From the NCBI GenBank assembly GCA_030834185.1, contig JAURFT010000002.1, forward strand, positions 5,089 to 69,088: a stretch of DNA of 64,000 nt. The letters run 5' to 3'. A program made the position numbers and the translations under genes. The notes under the pieces are model-generated. The model searched no databases, was not told the origin of the DNA, and saw only the letters and a list, made by a program, of their open reading frames with translations. Every line of letters begins with the position of its first letter. Within the stretch, counting starts at the first letter, position 1. The stretch comes from Candidatus Nanopelagicales bacterium. GTDB lineage: Bacteria; Actinomycetota; Actinomycetes; S36-B12; UBA5976. This document shows positions 37,534 through 49,462 of this stretch, in pieces.

Positions 37534-37896
37534 TTATGAGATTAGTTCAATTCTAAATCCAACTCCAGGACCAGAAGAAAACTTGGGGGCTCCCACCGCA
37601 TCAGAGAGATATTTCCAAGGCTTCGGGAGAGGATCTTGATCTTTTAATCTGAGAAACTTTTTAAAGAGGCCTTTTCGGCCTAAAACTTTTGAGCACGAGA
37701 TTCCAAAAGCGTGTATTTGATAAATTCCCTTAGGAAATTCCTGCCCGGCAATAATTTGATTCTTGCTTACTTTATGTGTTCCACATGGGGGTACCTGAGG
37801 ACCAGCGGCGTGAGATGCTGCGTGAGATTGCGTTGGAGTTAGAGAAAGCGCGAGCAAAATAACTATTGATGATTTTGCAACGACTGACTTCTTCAT
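37534..37896 (-). CDS. small secreted hypothetical protein
   Basis: It has a signal peptide (MKKSVVAKSSIVILLALSLTPTQSHA), two Cys residues and an RBS-like GGGGAGA. I recognise no family. Confidence 0.6.
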   Translation of the reverse strand: MKKSVVAKSSIVILLALSLTPTQSHAASHAAGPQVPPCGTHKVSKNQIIAGQEFPKGIYQIHAFGISCSKVLGRKGLFKKFLRLKDQDPLPKPWKYLSDAVGAPKFSSGPGVGFRIELIS

Positions 37897-38207
37897 TATC
37901 TCCCCAGATCACTGTACTTCAATATGCTTTCCTTCTATCGGTAAATCTGCCATACCTCTTCGATAGAATCAAGGCTTTTTGCTGTTAATAGTCGGAGAGT
38001 TCACAAAAGGTTCAGGAAATGCCTCCCCCTGGTTAAATGGGGACTTTTTTTAAGGCACCACTTCGCCAATACTCCAACTTTTTACTTTTGCACCAAGATT
38101 AGGCAAGCTGCGCATTTTTGAAGTTGTGGAATGTCTCAAACTTTACGAGGCTATTACAATTAAGCCATGGATGCATTGAGCTTGATCGGACAGGTCAAGG
38201 ACAACTG

Positions 38208-38726
38208 GTGAAGAAACTAATCTCGACCTTAATACTTGCAGTAACTTTTTCAATTATTCCACAACATGTAACACCAGCGCTAGCCCACACCCCAGTAACT
38301 CTGCTTGAAAGTGACACAACTCCAAATGCTGGCCCGCTACTAGTAGATGGCACAATTTCATTTGCGATCCAAGCATCTTTCAAAAAATCAGGCCAGAAGA
38401 AAGCTTTCCGTGCAGCACTCAAAACAGGCGAAGAGTTAGTGGTGGAGTATTTGATTGTTGATAAAAAACCCGAGAACATGCTGAAAAAAGAAAAGTTACC
38501 ACGATTGGTCATCACTTCACCCTCGGGTAAGAAGATTAGAATTAAATTCACCGAACGCACCAAGTTCTATTACCCAGCTCTTAACACCAAATTTCTTTAC
38601 CTTGCTCGCTACAGGGCACCTGCTGAAGCTGGGATTTATCAGTTTGTGGCTACCTCACGCAGAAGCGCTGCCATCGTTCTTGTGGTGGGCGAAAAAGAGA
38701 TTCCTGGTGAAGTGCGTCGTAACTGA
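38208..38726 (+). CDS. secreted hypothetical protein; the mature N-terminus is predicted to be His
   Basis: GTG 38208 lies 7 nt after CAAGG. The signal peptide is VKKLISTLILAVTFSIIPQHVTPALA with a predicted cleavage before HTPV. The track start (TTG 38118) adds a non-signal extension. Confidence 0.55.
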   Translation: MKKLISTLILAVTFSIIPQHVTPALAHTPVTLLESDTTPNAGPLLVDGTISFAIQASFKKSGQKKAFRAALKTGEELVVEYLIVDKKPENMLKKEKLPRLVITSPSGKKIRIKFTERTKFYYPALNTKFLYLARYRAPAEAGIYQFVATSRRSAAIVLVVGEKEIPGEVRRN

Positions 38727-38768
38727 CTCCAACATTGGCTGCAACAACTGAACTAGCATCAACAACTA

Positions 38769-39434
38769 TCAGCTCAGCCAAACAATGCAAAAGAATCCAG
38801 TGAGTACGAGCAATATTGCTACAGCAATACTTCCTTTTTGCCCTAGCTCTTGAGGCAACCCATTCACACCCTGATCAAGATCCCACCGCAAATCTTTAAT
38901 TACATTCAGAAAATGAAACGCAGTAGAAAAGATCATAATGCACAGATACAGCCATAGTGGCGGAGTTTTATCTGCCGAAAGATAAATTGCCCAAGGCAAG
39001 CTGCCAAATGAAATTATGTATGGAAGTGGTGAAAATATGGTGGCTTTCAACTTCAAGTTATAAGTAGTTGCACTAAGAATTCCAAGAAAATGCAGTAACG
39101 TTCCTTGCCATCCAAATGGACTTAAGATGGAAAGCACAAATGCCATCACTAACGCAACCAATATGCATTTCTTTAAAAATTCAATTGTGATCTTGCCAGA
39201 CACTAAAGGCTTTTTGTATCTTTGTGCAGCGCTATCTAGTGGAAAATCAATTACATCATTGCTCCACCCAACAACTAATTGGCCAGCAAATATTGCTAGC
39301 GCAATTCTGAGGGAATCAACCCAAGTGAGCACTGAAAGGGCCAGCAAAAACGAGATCGCCACAACAAGCAAAGTTGGTCCAAAGTGAGCAGCCTTTAAGA
39401 GGGCTACACCTCGAGTGGTTGCTGAATTCAACAT
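38769..39434 (-). CDS. UbiA-family prenyltransferase (short form)
   Basis: A polytopic membrane protein with the aspartate-rich motif WSNDVIDFPLD. Confidence 0.7.
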   Translation of the reverse strand: MLNSATTRGVALLKAAHFGPTLLVVAISFLLALSVLTWVDSLRIALAIFAGQLVVGWSNDVIDFPLDSAAQRYKKPLVSGKITIEFLKKCILVALVMAFVLSILSPFGWQGTLLHFLGILSATTYNLKLKATIFSPLPYIISFGSLPWAIYLSADKTPPLWLYLCIMIFSTAFHFLNVIKDLRWDLDQGVNGLPQELGQKGSIAVAILLVLTGFFCIVWLS

Positions 39435-39483
39435 CTAGCCATCATATGCGCCTGTTGAATTTAGGCTTGTTTTAGTTGGGCTG

Positions 39484-40455
39484 TTAGAGCAGGCTAGGAA
39501 TCTTCTGCTCTTCTGCCAGATTGGCGCGGCGGAAAAATACTGTGACTGCCGTTGCCACCAGAACAATAAATAGCGAATACAACGCTGGCACAATTAGCAC
39601 GAGCCCAATTGTTGGATCACCACTGAAATTCAGCAGCACTATTGCCAGAGCCAGTGGTCCATTTTGAATGCCAGTTTCCAAAGCAATGGTGCGAGCATTC
39701 ATTGGGTGCATTTTGAATCCACGAGTTAAGAAATAAGCAATTGCAATTCCAAACGTGCCAATACCGATTGCAACAACATAAGTCTGCCACGGCGTTGAAG
39801 AAAGCAGCTCCCAGTTTCGTGGCACCCATGTTGATAGTAAGAACAAGATGAAGAAGATGCCAAAGAATCCACCAAGTAATTCAAGTATGGCACCAATGTT
39901 TGCACTGAATTTTCTAAGCAGCATTCCAAGCACAACAGGGATCAACAAAATTACGAGCGTGACAATAATGTTTCTAGGTGGAATTTGTTGAGTAGCGGCG
40001 CCATCTGGCAATAGCAATCCTAGATAGATATATAGCGCAAGTGGAGTCATGAAAATTGCCCATAGGGTTGAATTTGTAGTCATAACAACGCTTAAAGCTA
40101 AATTACCTTTTGAAAAGTAAGTGAAAATATTAGAAGTAGTTCCAGCTGGAACGCTTCCCATGATCATGGCACCAATTGCTACCGGTATTGCATACTCGCG
40201 CGGTAGTTGGAATAAGAATGCCACTATCAATAAGTATGTTAACAACGGCATGATTCCAAATTGAGTAACCCAGCCAATTATTAGACCCCATGGCCTTCGC
40301 AATGCCTGGCGAAAATCTCTTGGGGTTAAACCGGCACCTAAACCAAACATGATTACAAAGACCATAACCACTAACAGCACTTCTTCAAATGGCGTTACCA
40401 CATCTTGTTCTGAAACTTGCGCCTGAGCTTGTAGCAGCATTGATGATAAATGCAT
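39484..40455 (-). CDS. bile acid:sodium symporter (BASS/SBF) family transporter
   Basis: A protein of about ten TM segments with BASS-like sequence character. Its start overlaps the fadD stop (TAATG). Confidence 0.75.
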   Translation of the reverse strand: MHLSSMLLQAQAQVSEQDVVTPFEEVLLVVMVFVIMFGLGAGLTPRDFRQALRRPWGLIIGWVTQFGIMPLLTYLLIVAFLFQLPREYAIPVAIGAMIMGSVPAGTTSNIFTYFSKGNLALSVVMTTNSTLWAIFMTPLALYIYLGLLLPDGAATQQIPPRNIIVTLVILLIPVVLGMLLRKFSANIGAILELLGGFFGIFFILFLLSTWVPRNWELLSSTPWQTYVVAIGIGTFGIAIAYFLTRGFKMHPMNARTIALETGIQNGPLALAIVLLNFSGDPTIGLVLIVPALYSLFIVLVATAVTVFFRRANLAEEQKIPSLL

Positions 40456-42191
40456 TATGAATCCTTCTGGTTATGGTTCGCTAGATCATTCATCGCAGTT
40501 CTTCGCAGTTCACGTCGAAGAATTTTTCCAATCGGACTTTTGGGCAGTTCATCAACAAAAACAATTGATTTAGGCAGCTTGTATCGGGCCAGATCCTGCT
40601 GGCAATGGTCAATAACTTGCTGTTTGGTTAGTGATCCAGATGAGGTCACGATATAGGCACACACTTTTTCACCAGTATTTTCATCTGGTAAACCAATTAC
40701 TCCTACCTCTTTGACTTTGCTGAGTTTTGCAATTTGCTCTTCAATTTCATTTGGATAGACATTAAAGCCACTAACAATAATTACATCCTTCTTACGGTCA
40801 ACAATTTTAAAGAAGCCGTCTTGATCCATCTGAGCGATATCTCCAGTATGTAACCAGCCATCTTTTAGGACAGCAGCAGATTCGATTGGGTTATTCCAAT
40901 AACCAAGCATGATCTGCGGCCCGGTTGCGATTAGTTCTCCGGATTCACCAATGGCAACAGGTTGACCTTGATCATCGATTAGTCGGATATCAGTAGAAGG
41001 AACAGGAACCCCAATAGAGCCTGGCTTAGCACTTCCATCAAGCGGATTAAAAGTTAAAACTGGCGCTGATTCAGTTAGACCGAATCCTTCTACCAGTGGA
41101 GCTTTAGTGATCTTCTCCCAATCCTCAGCCACGGATTGGTGCAGCGCCATTCCACCTGCGACAGATGCTCTGATATGACTTGGTGGGCCATCTAGGAACC
41201 AACGTTCCTTTAGTAAAGCATTGTATAAAGTGTTCACTCCCGAAACCCAGGTAATTTTATAATTTTCAAATGCTCGCTTTAAGTTGCTTGGTGGTCGAGG
41301 GTTTGGAATAACAATATTTCTGCCACCAACATAGTAAAAACCTAAAAGGTTTACTGTAAATGCGAAGATGTGATACAGCGGAAGCGCGGTTATTACAGTT
41401 TCTTTGCCAAACCGAATAAACGATCCCAGCATCTGCATCATTTGAAAGGTGTTTGCTACTAAATTCTGATGAGAGAGCATCGCACCTTTTGAAACACCGG
41501 TGGTGCCACCGGTGTATTGCAATGCGGCAACTGTGGTGGGACTTATCTGATCTGCATAGCTAAGCACCTGATTTCGATTTGCGTGACTTCGCCCTTGGCT
41601 TAGCGCCTGTGCAAGCTTGGTGTGCTCAACAGTTATTTTCGGCAATGACCTATTCCATACCTTTTGCACCATCCGAATCACGCCACTTACAGCTGCTGGG
41701 AAGAATTCAGATATTTTTACGGTCACTACTGTTTCGATATCAGTTTTTTGCAAAACTTCAGGAAAGCGATCTGCGAACATATCTATAGTTATTAGTACTT
41801 TTGCCTGCGCATCAGAAAATTGATGGACCATCTCTGTAACTGTGTATAGCGGATTTGTGTTTACTAAAATACAGCCTGCTTTGAGCACTCCAAATGCCAC
41901 AACTGGATAACTCAAGCAATTTGGCATTTGAACTGCCACTCGTTCCCCAAAGCTAAGGCCAATTACTTCACGAAGATAAACAGCAAAATCATCTGAAAGG
42001 TCATCAACTTGCTTGTAGGTTAAAGATCCGTTCATGCCATTGGGCATGCATTGGGTAAAAGCGATGGTGCTTGCATAAGTTGAGCTAGCAGCTCGGATGA
42101 GCTCTGGGAGATGGGCAATTTTAACTTCTGCCAGCTTGGGATTAATCCCAGTTGGGTAATTAGATAGCCAAGGCTGCTGTGTCATTTTCAC
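40455..42191 (-). CDS. fadD: long-chain-fatty-acid--CoA ligase / AMP-dependent synthetase
   Basis: It has the AMP-binding motif YTGGTTGVSKGA, plus GWLHTGD and a C-terminal PKSPIGKILRREL. Confidence 0.88.
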   Translation of the reverse strand: MKMTQQPWLSNYPTGINPKLAEVKIAHLPELIRAASSTYASTIAFTQCMPNGMNGSLTYKQVDDLSDDFAVYLREVIGLSFGERVAVQMPNCLSYPVVAFGVLKAGCILVNTNPLYTVTEMVHQFSDAQAKVLITIDMFADRFPEVLQKTDIETVVTVKISEFFPAAVSGVIRMVQKVWNRSLPKITVEHTKLAQALSQGRSHANRNQVLSYADQISPTTVAALQYTGGTTGVSKGAMLSHQNLVANTFQMMQMLGSFIRFGKETVITALPLYHIFAFTVNLLGFYYVGGRNIVIPNPRPPSNLKRAFENYKITWVSGVNTLYNALLKERWFLDGPPSHIRASVAGGMALHQSVAEDWEKITKAPLVEGFGLTESAPVLTFNPLDGSAKPGSIGVPVPSTDIRLIDDQGQPVAIGESGELIATGPQIMLGYWNNPIESAAVLKDGWLHTGDIAQMDQDGFFKIVDRKKDVIIVSGFNVYPNEIEEQIAKLSKVKEVGVIGLPDENTGEKVCAYIVTSSGSLTKQQVIDHCQQDLARYKLPKSIVFVDELPKSPIGKILRRELRRTAMNDLANHNQKDS

Positions 42192-42313
42192 TCTTTCACC
42201 AATAAAAGATTTGTTGAATCCTAGCCAGATTATTGGGGCAAGACTAGGTTTAAATACAACCTACTGACCAGTACGAGAACATGAAGATTTATTGGCTCAG
42301 CTAGGCTAAAGAA

Positions 42314-43072
42314 ATGACTGAAGCCCAAATCACCCACGATTCAAAGTGGGTATCTGAATTTTTAGCATCGAGGCGAAGCACTCGAGACTTTTTAGCAACT
42401 CCTGTACCTCAAGAATTGATCGATCAGATACTTACTGATGCTCTGACCGCCCCTAGTTGGTCTAATACACGCCCATTCAAGGTGGCAGTTGCAACTGGAG
42501 AAGTTAAAGATCGAATCAGTGTTGAATTTTTGGCACGATGGGAAGCGCTAGCCAAAATTAGGCAACCAGGATTGAAAAGTAAATTGAGATTAATTTTTTC
42601 ACGATACGGACTGCCAACTAGTAATAGAAGAATTATTAAAAAGTATGCAGCTGAACTTCGTCCTAGAGCTTTGCGAGTAGGTAAAGAACTTTACGATCAT
42701 ATTGGAGTTGAGCGAGGAGATGTAACTGCTCGAAATGCACAATGGGCAAATAACTACAAGTTTTTTGGTGCGCCAGTTGAGATGTTCATCTTTATTCATA
42801 AAAGTTTGCATGTATTCGCTGCAAGCGATGCTGGCTTGATGATGCAAAATTTGATGCTTTCTGCGCATGCTCGTGGCCTTGGAACCTGCGCTCAGGGTGC
42901 AGTTAATATTTGGGATGACGTAATTCGACAAGAATTTAATATTTCTAAAGATTATCGTTTACTTTGCGGTTTAGCCCTGGGGTATCCAAGCGATGCAGTG
43001 GTAAACACTTTTGGTGCGCACCGCATCGGGGTTGATGAGTTGGTAATTAAGCCAACTCGGGCATCTAAATAG
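42314..43072 (+). CDS. nitroreductase-family protein
   Basis: It has an N-terminal RRSTRDF motif and a size typical of FMN nitroreductases. Confidence 0.8.
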   Translation: MTEAQITHDSKWVSEFLASRRSTRDFLATPVPQELIDQILTDALTAPSWSNTRPFKVAVATGEVKDRISVEFLARWEALAKIRQPGLKSKLRLIFSRYGLPTSNRRIIKKYAAELRPRALRVGKELYDHIGVERGDVTARNAQWANNYKFFGAPVEMFIFIHKSLHVFAASDAGLMMQNLMLSAHARGLGTCAQGAVNIWDDVIRQEFNISKDYRLLCGLALGYPSDAVVNTFGAHRIGVDELVIKPTRASK

Positions 43073-43103
43073 TTTGAGTTGACTATTTCTTGGGTGCGAA
43101 AAA

Positions 43104-44060
43104 CTATGCTGCAGCTCTTGAGATGCGATCTCGAATAGCAACAGCCAATCCATCTCCTGCTGGTGGCATAACCGATATATTTTTCAGATTTTGCAGGTCA
43201 GCATCACGTAAGGCAGCATAAAAAATCCTTGCATACTCTTCGATGGATTTTGGTGCAGCTAATCTGATAACCCCTGTTGGAGTTTCAACCTCAGCAAGCG
43301 CGATTAAACCGTGACCTGGTTGTGGCACCGTATTGATATGTACTTTTGCGTTTGGTGCATAATGTTTTTTGTCTGAACCAGAAACTCGAATTGCTTCAGA
43401 GCTTGGATCTGCAATCACAATTCCAGTACTCACCTCAATCATTTCAGCAGTAATAGCGCCATGACGCAGTATTGCAGGGTTGCTTTTTGTGCAATCAATA
43501 ATCGTAGATTCAATTCCAACTGCGCAAGATCCACCATCAAGGATTTGATCTCTTGGTTCAAGGTAATCCTGCAGTTCTGCAATTACCGCATTTGCCGTTG
43601 TTGGCGAAACTGCCCCATAGCGATTCGCACTTGGTGCAGCAATGCCGCGCCCGCCTAGTTTATGAAATTCAGTTAATAAATTTAGCGCGATTGTATTTGC
43701 TGGAATTCGGATACCAACTACATCTTGACCGCCAGTTATAAAGTCTTTGACATTTGAAGTTCGCTGCAGCAGCAGCGTCATAGGCCCGGGCCAGAAATCG
43801 CGCATCAATGCGATTGCATAGTCAGGAATATCTTGAGCCCAATAATCAACATCATTCAAATCTGCAATATGCACAATAACTGGATGATCAGCTGGACGAT
43901 TTTTTACTAAGTACATTCGCTTTGTTGCCTCAGCATTGCTGGCATCAGCACCAATGCCATAAACAGTTTCAGTAGGAAATGCCACCAAGCCCCCGTTGCG
44001 CAAGTTTTCGGCGGCAGCCTGCAGTGCGTTAATTGTGCACTTGGCAACTATTGCGTTCAT
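43104..44060 (-). CDS. tsaC: L-threonylcarbamoyladenylate synthase (Sua5/YwlC type, with a Sua5 C-terminal domain)
   Basis: It has the AFPTETVYGIGADA motif. I preferred ATG 44060 by comparison with YwlC/YrdC N-termini. Confidence 0.85.
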   Translation of the reverse strand: MNAIVAKCTINALQAAAENLRNGGLVAFPTETVYGIGADASNAEATKRMYLVKNRPADHPVIVHIADLNDVDYWAQDIPDYAIALMRDFWPGPMTLLLQRTSNVKDFITGGQDVVGIRIPANTIALNLLTEFHKLGGRGIAAPSANRYGAVSPTTANAVIAELQDYLEPRDQILDGGSCAVGIESTIIDCTKSNPAILRHGAITAEMIEVSTGIVIADPSSEAIRVSGSDKKHYAPNAKVHINTVPQPGHGLIALAEVETPTGVIRLAAPKSIEEYARIFYAALRDADLQNLKNISVMPPAGDGLAVAIRDRISRAAA

Positions 44061-44148
44061 GGGCTTTATTCTAGGAGTTGCGAAAAATGTCCACATTTTC
44101 TTGGGTTTTTGGCATGTTTGGTAAGGTAGATGTTAAACCTATTTATAA

Positions 44149-46320
<2,172 letters not shown>

Positions 46321-46333
46321 TTATTAGTTCCTT

Positions 46334-46370
46334 AAAACTGGCAATCAGGAGACTGGTTGCCAGTTTTTTG
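46334..46370 (+). terminator. rho-independent terminator of katG
   Basis: aaaactggcaa / ttgccagtttt stem followed by a T-run. Confidence 0.8.
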
Positions 46371-46471
46371 CGCTTTTAAGCAAACCCGTATAACTGCAAG
46401 GTTGGTCGACTCAAATTGCAGCATTTGGCGCAAAGCGCGCATTGCCAAGGGAAGGTGTGATTTAATTCAAT

Positions 46472-47092
46472 ATGGAAATAGAACTCGGACCGCTGGTAGA
46501 GAAAGATCGATACGCGCTGTTGACCCAAACAATCATTCCTCGCCCTATCGCGTGGGCATTGACCGATAACTCATTAGATGGCGAGCCAAGCTGGAACCTA
46601 GCTCCGTTTTCCTTCTTCAATGGCATCTCCTCTGACCCAGCTATGGTGATGTTCTCAATTGGCAGTTGGGATGTATCTGGCAAGGTGAAAGATACGTTGG
46701 CAAATATTCGAAATAAAAATGCATTCACTATTGGTATCGCAAGTAAAGATCTGGTACAGCAAGTTCAACAAACTGCCACGGAATTGCCAGCAGGAGTTAG
46801 TGAAGTTACTGAGTATGGAATTTCAGTAACTAGCTGGGATTGGCCAACTCCGCTAATTGATGGGTGTGGAGTGAATTTTGCTTGCACCTTAGCTAAAGAA
46901 GTAAGAATAGAAGAGAGCAGTCAGATATTAGTTTTTGCAAAAATTGAAAAAATTTGGGTTACAGACGCTGCAGTAACGAGAGATGAGAAGAATCGAATTG
47001 TGATTGATCCTGAAGTGATTGATCCGCTATTGCGACTTGGTGCTGGCAAATACGGAAAACTCGGTGGCGTAATCCCTACACCAAAGGGTTAG
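46472..47092 (+). CDS. flavin reductase-family protein (FMN-binding split barrel)
   Basis: Its N-terminus (LLTQTIIPRPIAWALT) and size are typical of flavin reductase-like domain proteins. Confidence 0.75.
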   Translation: MEIELGPLVEKDRYALLTQTIIPRPIAWALTDNSLDGEPSWNLAPFSFFNGISSDPAMVMFSIGSWDVSGKVKDTLANIRNKNAFTIGIASKDLVQQVQQTATELPAGVSEVTEYGISVTSWDWPTPLIDGCGVNFACTLAKEVRIEESSQILVFAKIEKIWVTDAAVTRDEKNRIVIDPEVIDPLLRLGAGKYGKLGGVIPTPKG

Positions 47093-47094
47093 CA

Positions 47095-47886
47095 ATGATT
47101 CGAAAAGGTTATTTTGACCTGCCCGTTGGTCAACTTCATTACGGTACAGCTGGAGATGGTGGCCCTCGAATAGTGTTGTTGCATGAAAGTCCGCTTTCTA
47201 ATCGCATCTACTTTGATGTGGCGAGCCAAATTGCGCTGTGGGGTCAAGTTCTGTTACCAGATACCCCTGGATATGGTCAGTCAACTGCGCTTACTTCCAG
47301 CGCCACGCTTGTTGATTATGCTGCAAATTTGATTGCAGGCATCAAGCAATGGAGTGGAGAGCAGCAGGTAATAATTGGTGGCATTCACACCGGTGCGAGT
47401 CTTGCAGTTGAAATCGCAAATCAAGCACCTGAGCTTTGTGGCGGGCTATTTCTGATTGGTTTGCCTACCTACACTGATGAGATGCGTGAATCACGGATAA
47501 AAACATATGCACCAAGCATCGAATTGCAAGCAGATGGATCTCACGCAATCTGGGCGTGGGACAGGTATCGAAAAATGTGGCCAACTGCACCATTGGAACA
47601 CATTCAATTGGCAGTAGCAGACCTTTATTACAATCTAGAGCGATACAACTGGGCCTACTTGCAGGCTTTTAAGTATCGCGCAGAGCTGGCCATCAAAAAT
47701 GTCAAATGCCCAATCATGATGTCTGCGGCTGAGGGTGAATTCCTGTATGAGGGCACTAAAGAATTAGCCCAACAAGAAGGTCTGCCATTTCATAGCTTTC
47801 CTGGTGAAGATTGGCAAGGGCAGGTATCACTCCGCAACCCAGATGAGCTTGATTTGGCACTTAAATTGTTCGCCGAATCTCTTTAG
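47095..47886 (+). CDS. alpha/beta-hydrolase-fold protein with an atypical nucleophile elbow
   Basis: It has an HE/oxyanion region (VLLHESPLS). The position expected for G-x-S-x-G reads G-I-H-T-G. Confidence 0.65.
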   Translation: MIRKGYFDLPVGQLHYGTAGDGGPRIVLLHESPLSNRIYFDVASQIALWGQVLLPDTPGYGQSTALTSSATLVDYAANLIAGIKQWSGEQQVIIGGIHTGASLAVEIANQAPELCGGLFLIGLPTYTDEMRESRIKTYAPSIELQADGSHAIWAWDRYRKMWPTAPLEHIQLAVADLYYNLERYNWAYLQAFKYRAELAIKNVKCPIMMSAAEGEFLYEGTKELAQQEGLPFHSFPGEDWQGQVSLRNPDELDLALKLFAESL

Positions 47887-49280
47887 GTTTTCAAATCTCC
47901 TGATTTTTGTAGCTCTTCAAATACCTGTTTAACTGACGCCGCAAATATGTTAACCATTCTTGACAGTTCATCATCTGTCACAACAAATGTAGGTGAAAAT
48001 GCCAGCGTATTTGATTCAGCAAGTGGCCTAACGATTAGGCCGTTTTTGAATGCAGCACGGGCGATCCGTTGCGCCACTTTCAAGGTTAAAGAAAATGGAA
48101 CCAACGGCGATTTGGATTTCACAAATTCGACAGCAGCTAACAATCCATAACCTCGAACATCACCAACAAATGGGCTATCCAAAAATTCATTTTCCAGCAG
48201 CGCTTTCAACTTAATGCCCTTATCTCCAACATTTTGCAGTAGGTCCTGCTGCTCAATAATGTCTAGATTTACCATAGCTGCCTTCATCGCAACTGGATGT
48301 CCCGAATAGGTGTAGCCATGGCCAAATGCACCCGCTGCTTTGCTTCCTTCGGCTAACACCTTCCACACCTTTTCAGAAACTAAACTTGCAGATAGCGGTA
48401 TATAGCCAGAAGTTATCCCTTTAGCTAAAGTAATAAAGTCTGGTTTTAATTCAAAACTCTCAGAACCAAACATCTTTGCAGTTCTACCAAAACCAGTGAC
48501 TACTTCGTCAGCAATAAGTAAAATTTCATATTTCTCAAGTACTTCTTGCAGTGCTGCAAAATATCCAGCTGGTGGCACCAATACGCCGCCCCCCGCCATT
48601 ATTGGCTCTGCAATAAAAGCAGCAATAGTTTCTGGGCCTTCAGAGATAATCAGCTGCTCAAGATCAGCTACTAGTTTTAATCCAAAATCAATCTCTGAGT
48701 CATTGGCCTTATTGTCCCATAGCGGATGTGTGGCGCTGGTATGGATGGTTCGAACTAAAGGTAAATCAAAATTATTGTGTAAATTATTAAAACCAGTTAG
48801 GCCAGCGGCAAATATCGTTGAGCCATGATAACCATGCCGGCGAGATATAATTTTTTTCTTTTCTGGCTTGCCAAGAATGTTGTGGTAATACCAGACCATT
48901 TTTATATTCGTATCATTTGCATCTGAGCCAGATGAGCCAAAAAATACTTTTGACATAGGAACAGGAGACATTTTAAGTAATCGAGCTGAGTAAATTGCTG
49001 CAATGTCTGTACCAAACGAGGTCAACGCTTGGTAGAACGCTAATTTTTTGGCCTGTTCGGCGATTGCTGAAGCCATCTCGCTATTGCCATATCCGATATT
49101 CACGCACCATAAACCAGCAATACCGTCCAAGTATTCCTTACCATGTGAATCCACTAAAGTGGAGTCATTTCCTTGAACAAATATCTCAGCGCCCATTTGT
49201 TCATGAATTGCAAGTGAAGAGAAGGGGTGGAAGAAGCTTTTTCGATCTAGGTCAATCAATTCAGCTGGCGTTAAATTCAT
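47883..49280 (-). CDS. class III (omega-type) PLP aminotransferase
   Basis: The family call rests on size and general class III character, for example the LIADEV segment followed by the TGFGRT region. The substrate is unknown. Confidence 0.85.
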   Translation of the reverse strand: MNLTPAELIDLDRKSFFHPFSSLAIHEQMGAEIFVQGNDSTLVDSHGKEYLDGIAGLWCVNIGYGNSEMASAIAEQAKKLAFYQALTSFGTDIAAIYSARLLKMSPVPMSKVFFGSSGSDANDTNIKMVWYYHNILGKPEKKKIISRRHGYHGSTIFAAGLTGFNNLHNNFDLPLVRTIHTSATHPLWDNKANDSEIDFGLKLVADLEQLIISEGPETIAAFIAEPIMAGGGVLVPPAGYFAALQEVLEKYEILLIADEVVTGFGRTAKMFGSESFELKPDFITLAKGITSGYIPLSASLVSEKVWKVLAEGSKAAGAFGHGYTYSGHPVAMKAAMVNLDIIEQQDLLQNVGDKGIKLKALLENEFLDSPFVGDVRGYGLLAAVEFVKSKSPLVPFSLTLKVAQRIARAAFKNGLIVRPLAESNTLAFSPTFVVTDDELSRMVNIFAASVKQVFEELQKSGDLKT

Positions 49281-49341
49281 TGCCTCAGGTTACATGAGAG
49301 CAGTGTCTAATTTTTTGTTTGGGCGTCTATACTTGGGCGGG

Positions 49342-49457
49342 CCAAGGGGAGTACCTACTTAGTCACACCTCCGTCAATACGGGTAAAACCCGGAGGGTGA
49401 GCCGCAGCAGCGGTATGGGAGACCTTGATCAGTGTTATCAATGACATGATCAAGGAG
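49342..49457 (+). promoter_or_regulatory. yybP-ykoY (Mn2+) riboswitch with an SD-sequestering expression platform
   Basis: It has the conserved GGGGAGTA (49346..49353), GTCAATAC and GGTATGGGAGACC (..49424). A 9-bp hairpin pairs ccttgatca (49423..49431) with tgatcaagg (49447..49455) and covers the AAGGAG SD. The downstream gene is TerC family, the classic regulon member. Confidence 0.85.
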
Positions 49458-49462
49458 TAATT

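Noticed and set aside
38019-38036. Mini-ORF MPPPG-stop (a polyproline stalling-peptide idea) in the spacer between the two secreted-protein genes.
   Set aside because: The only SD-like AGGA is 1 nt from the ATG, which is too close. The codons simply form the C-rich arm of the terminator-like hairpin.
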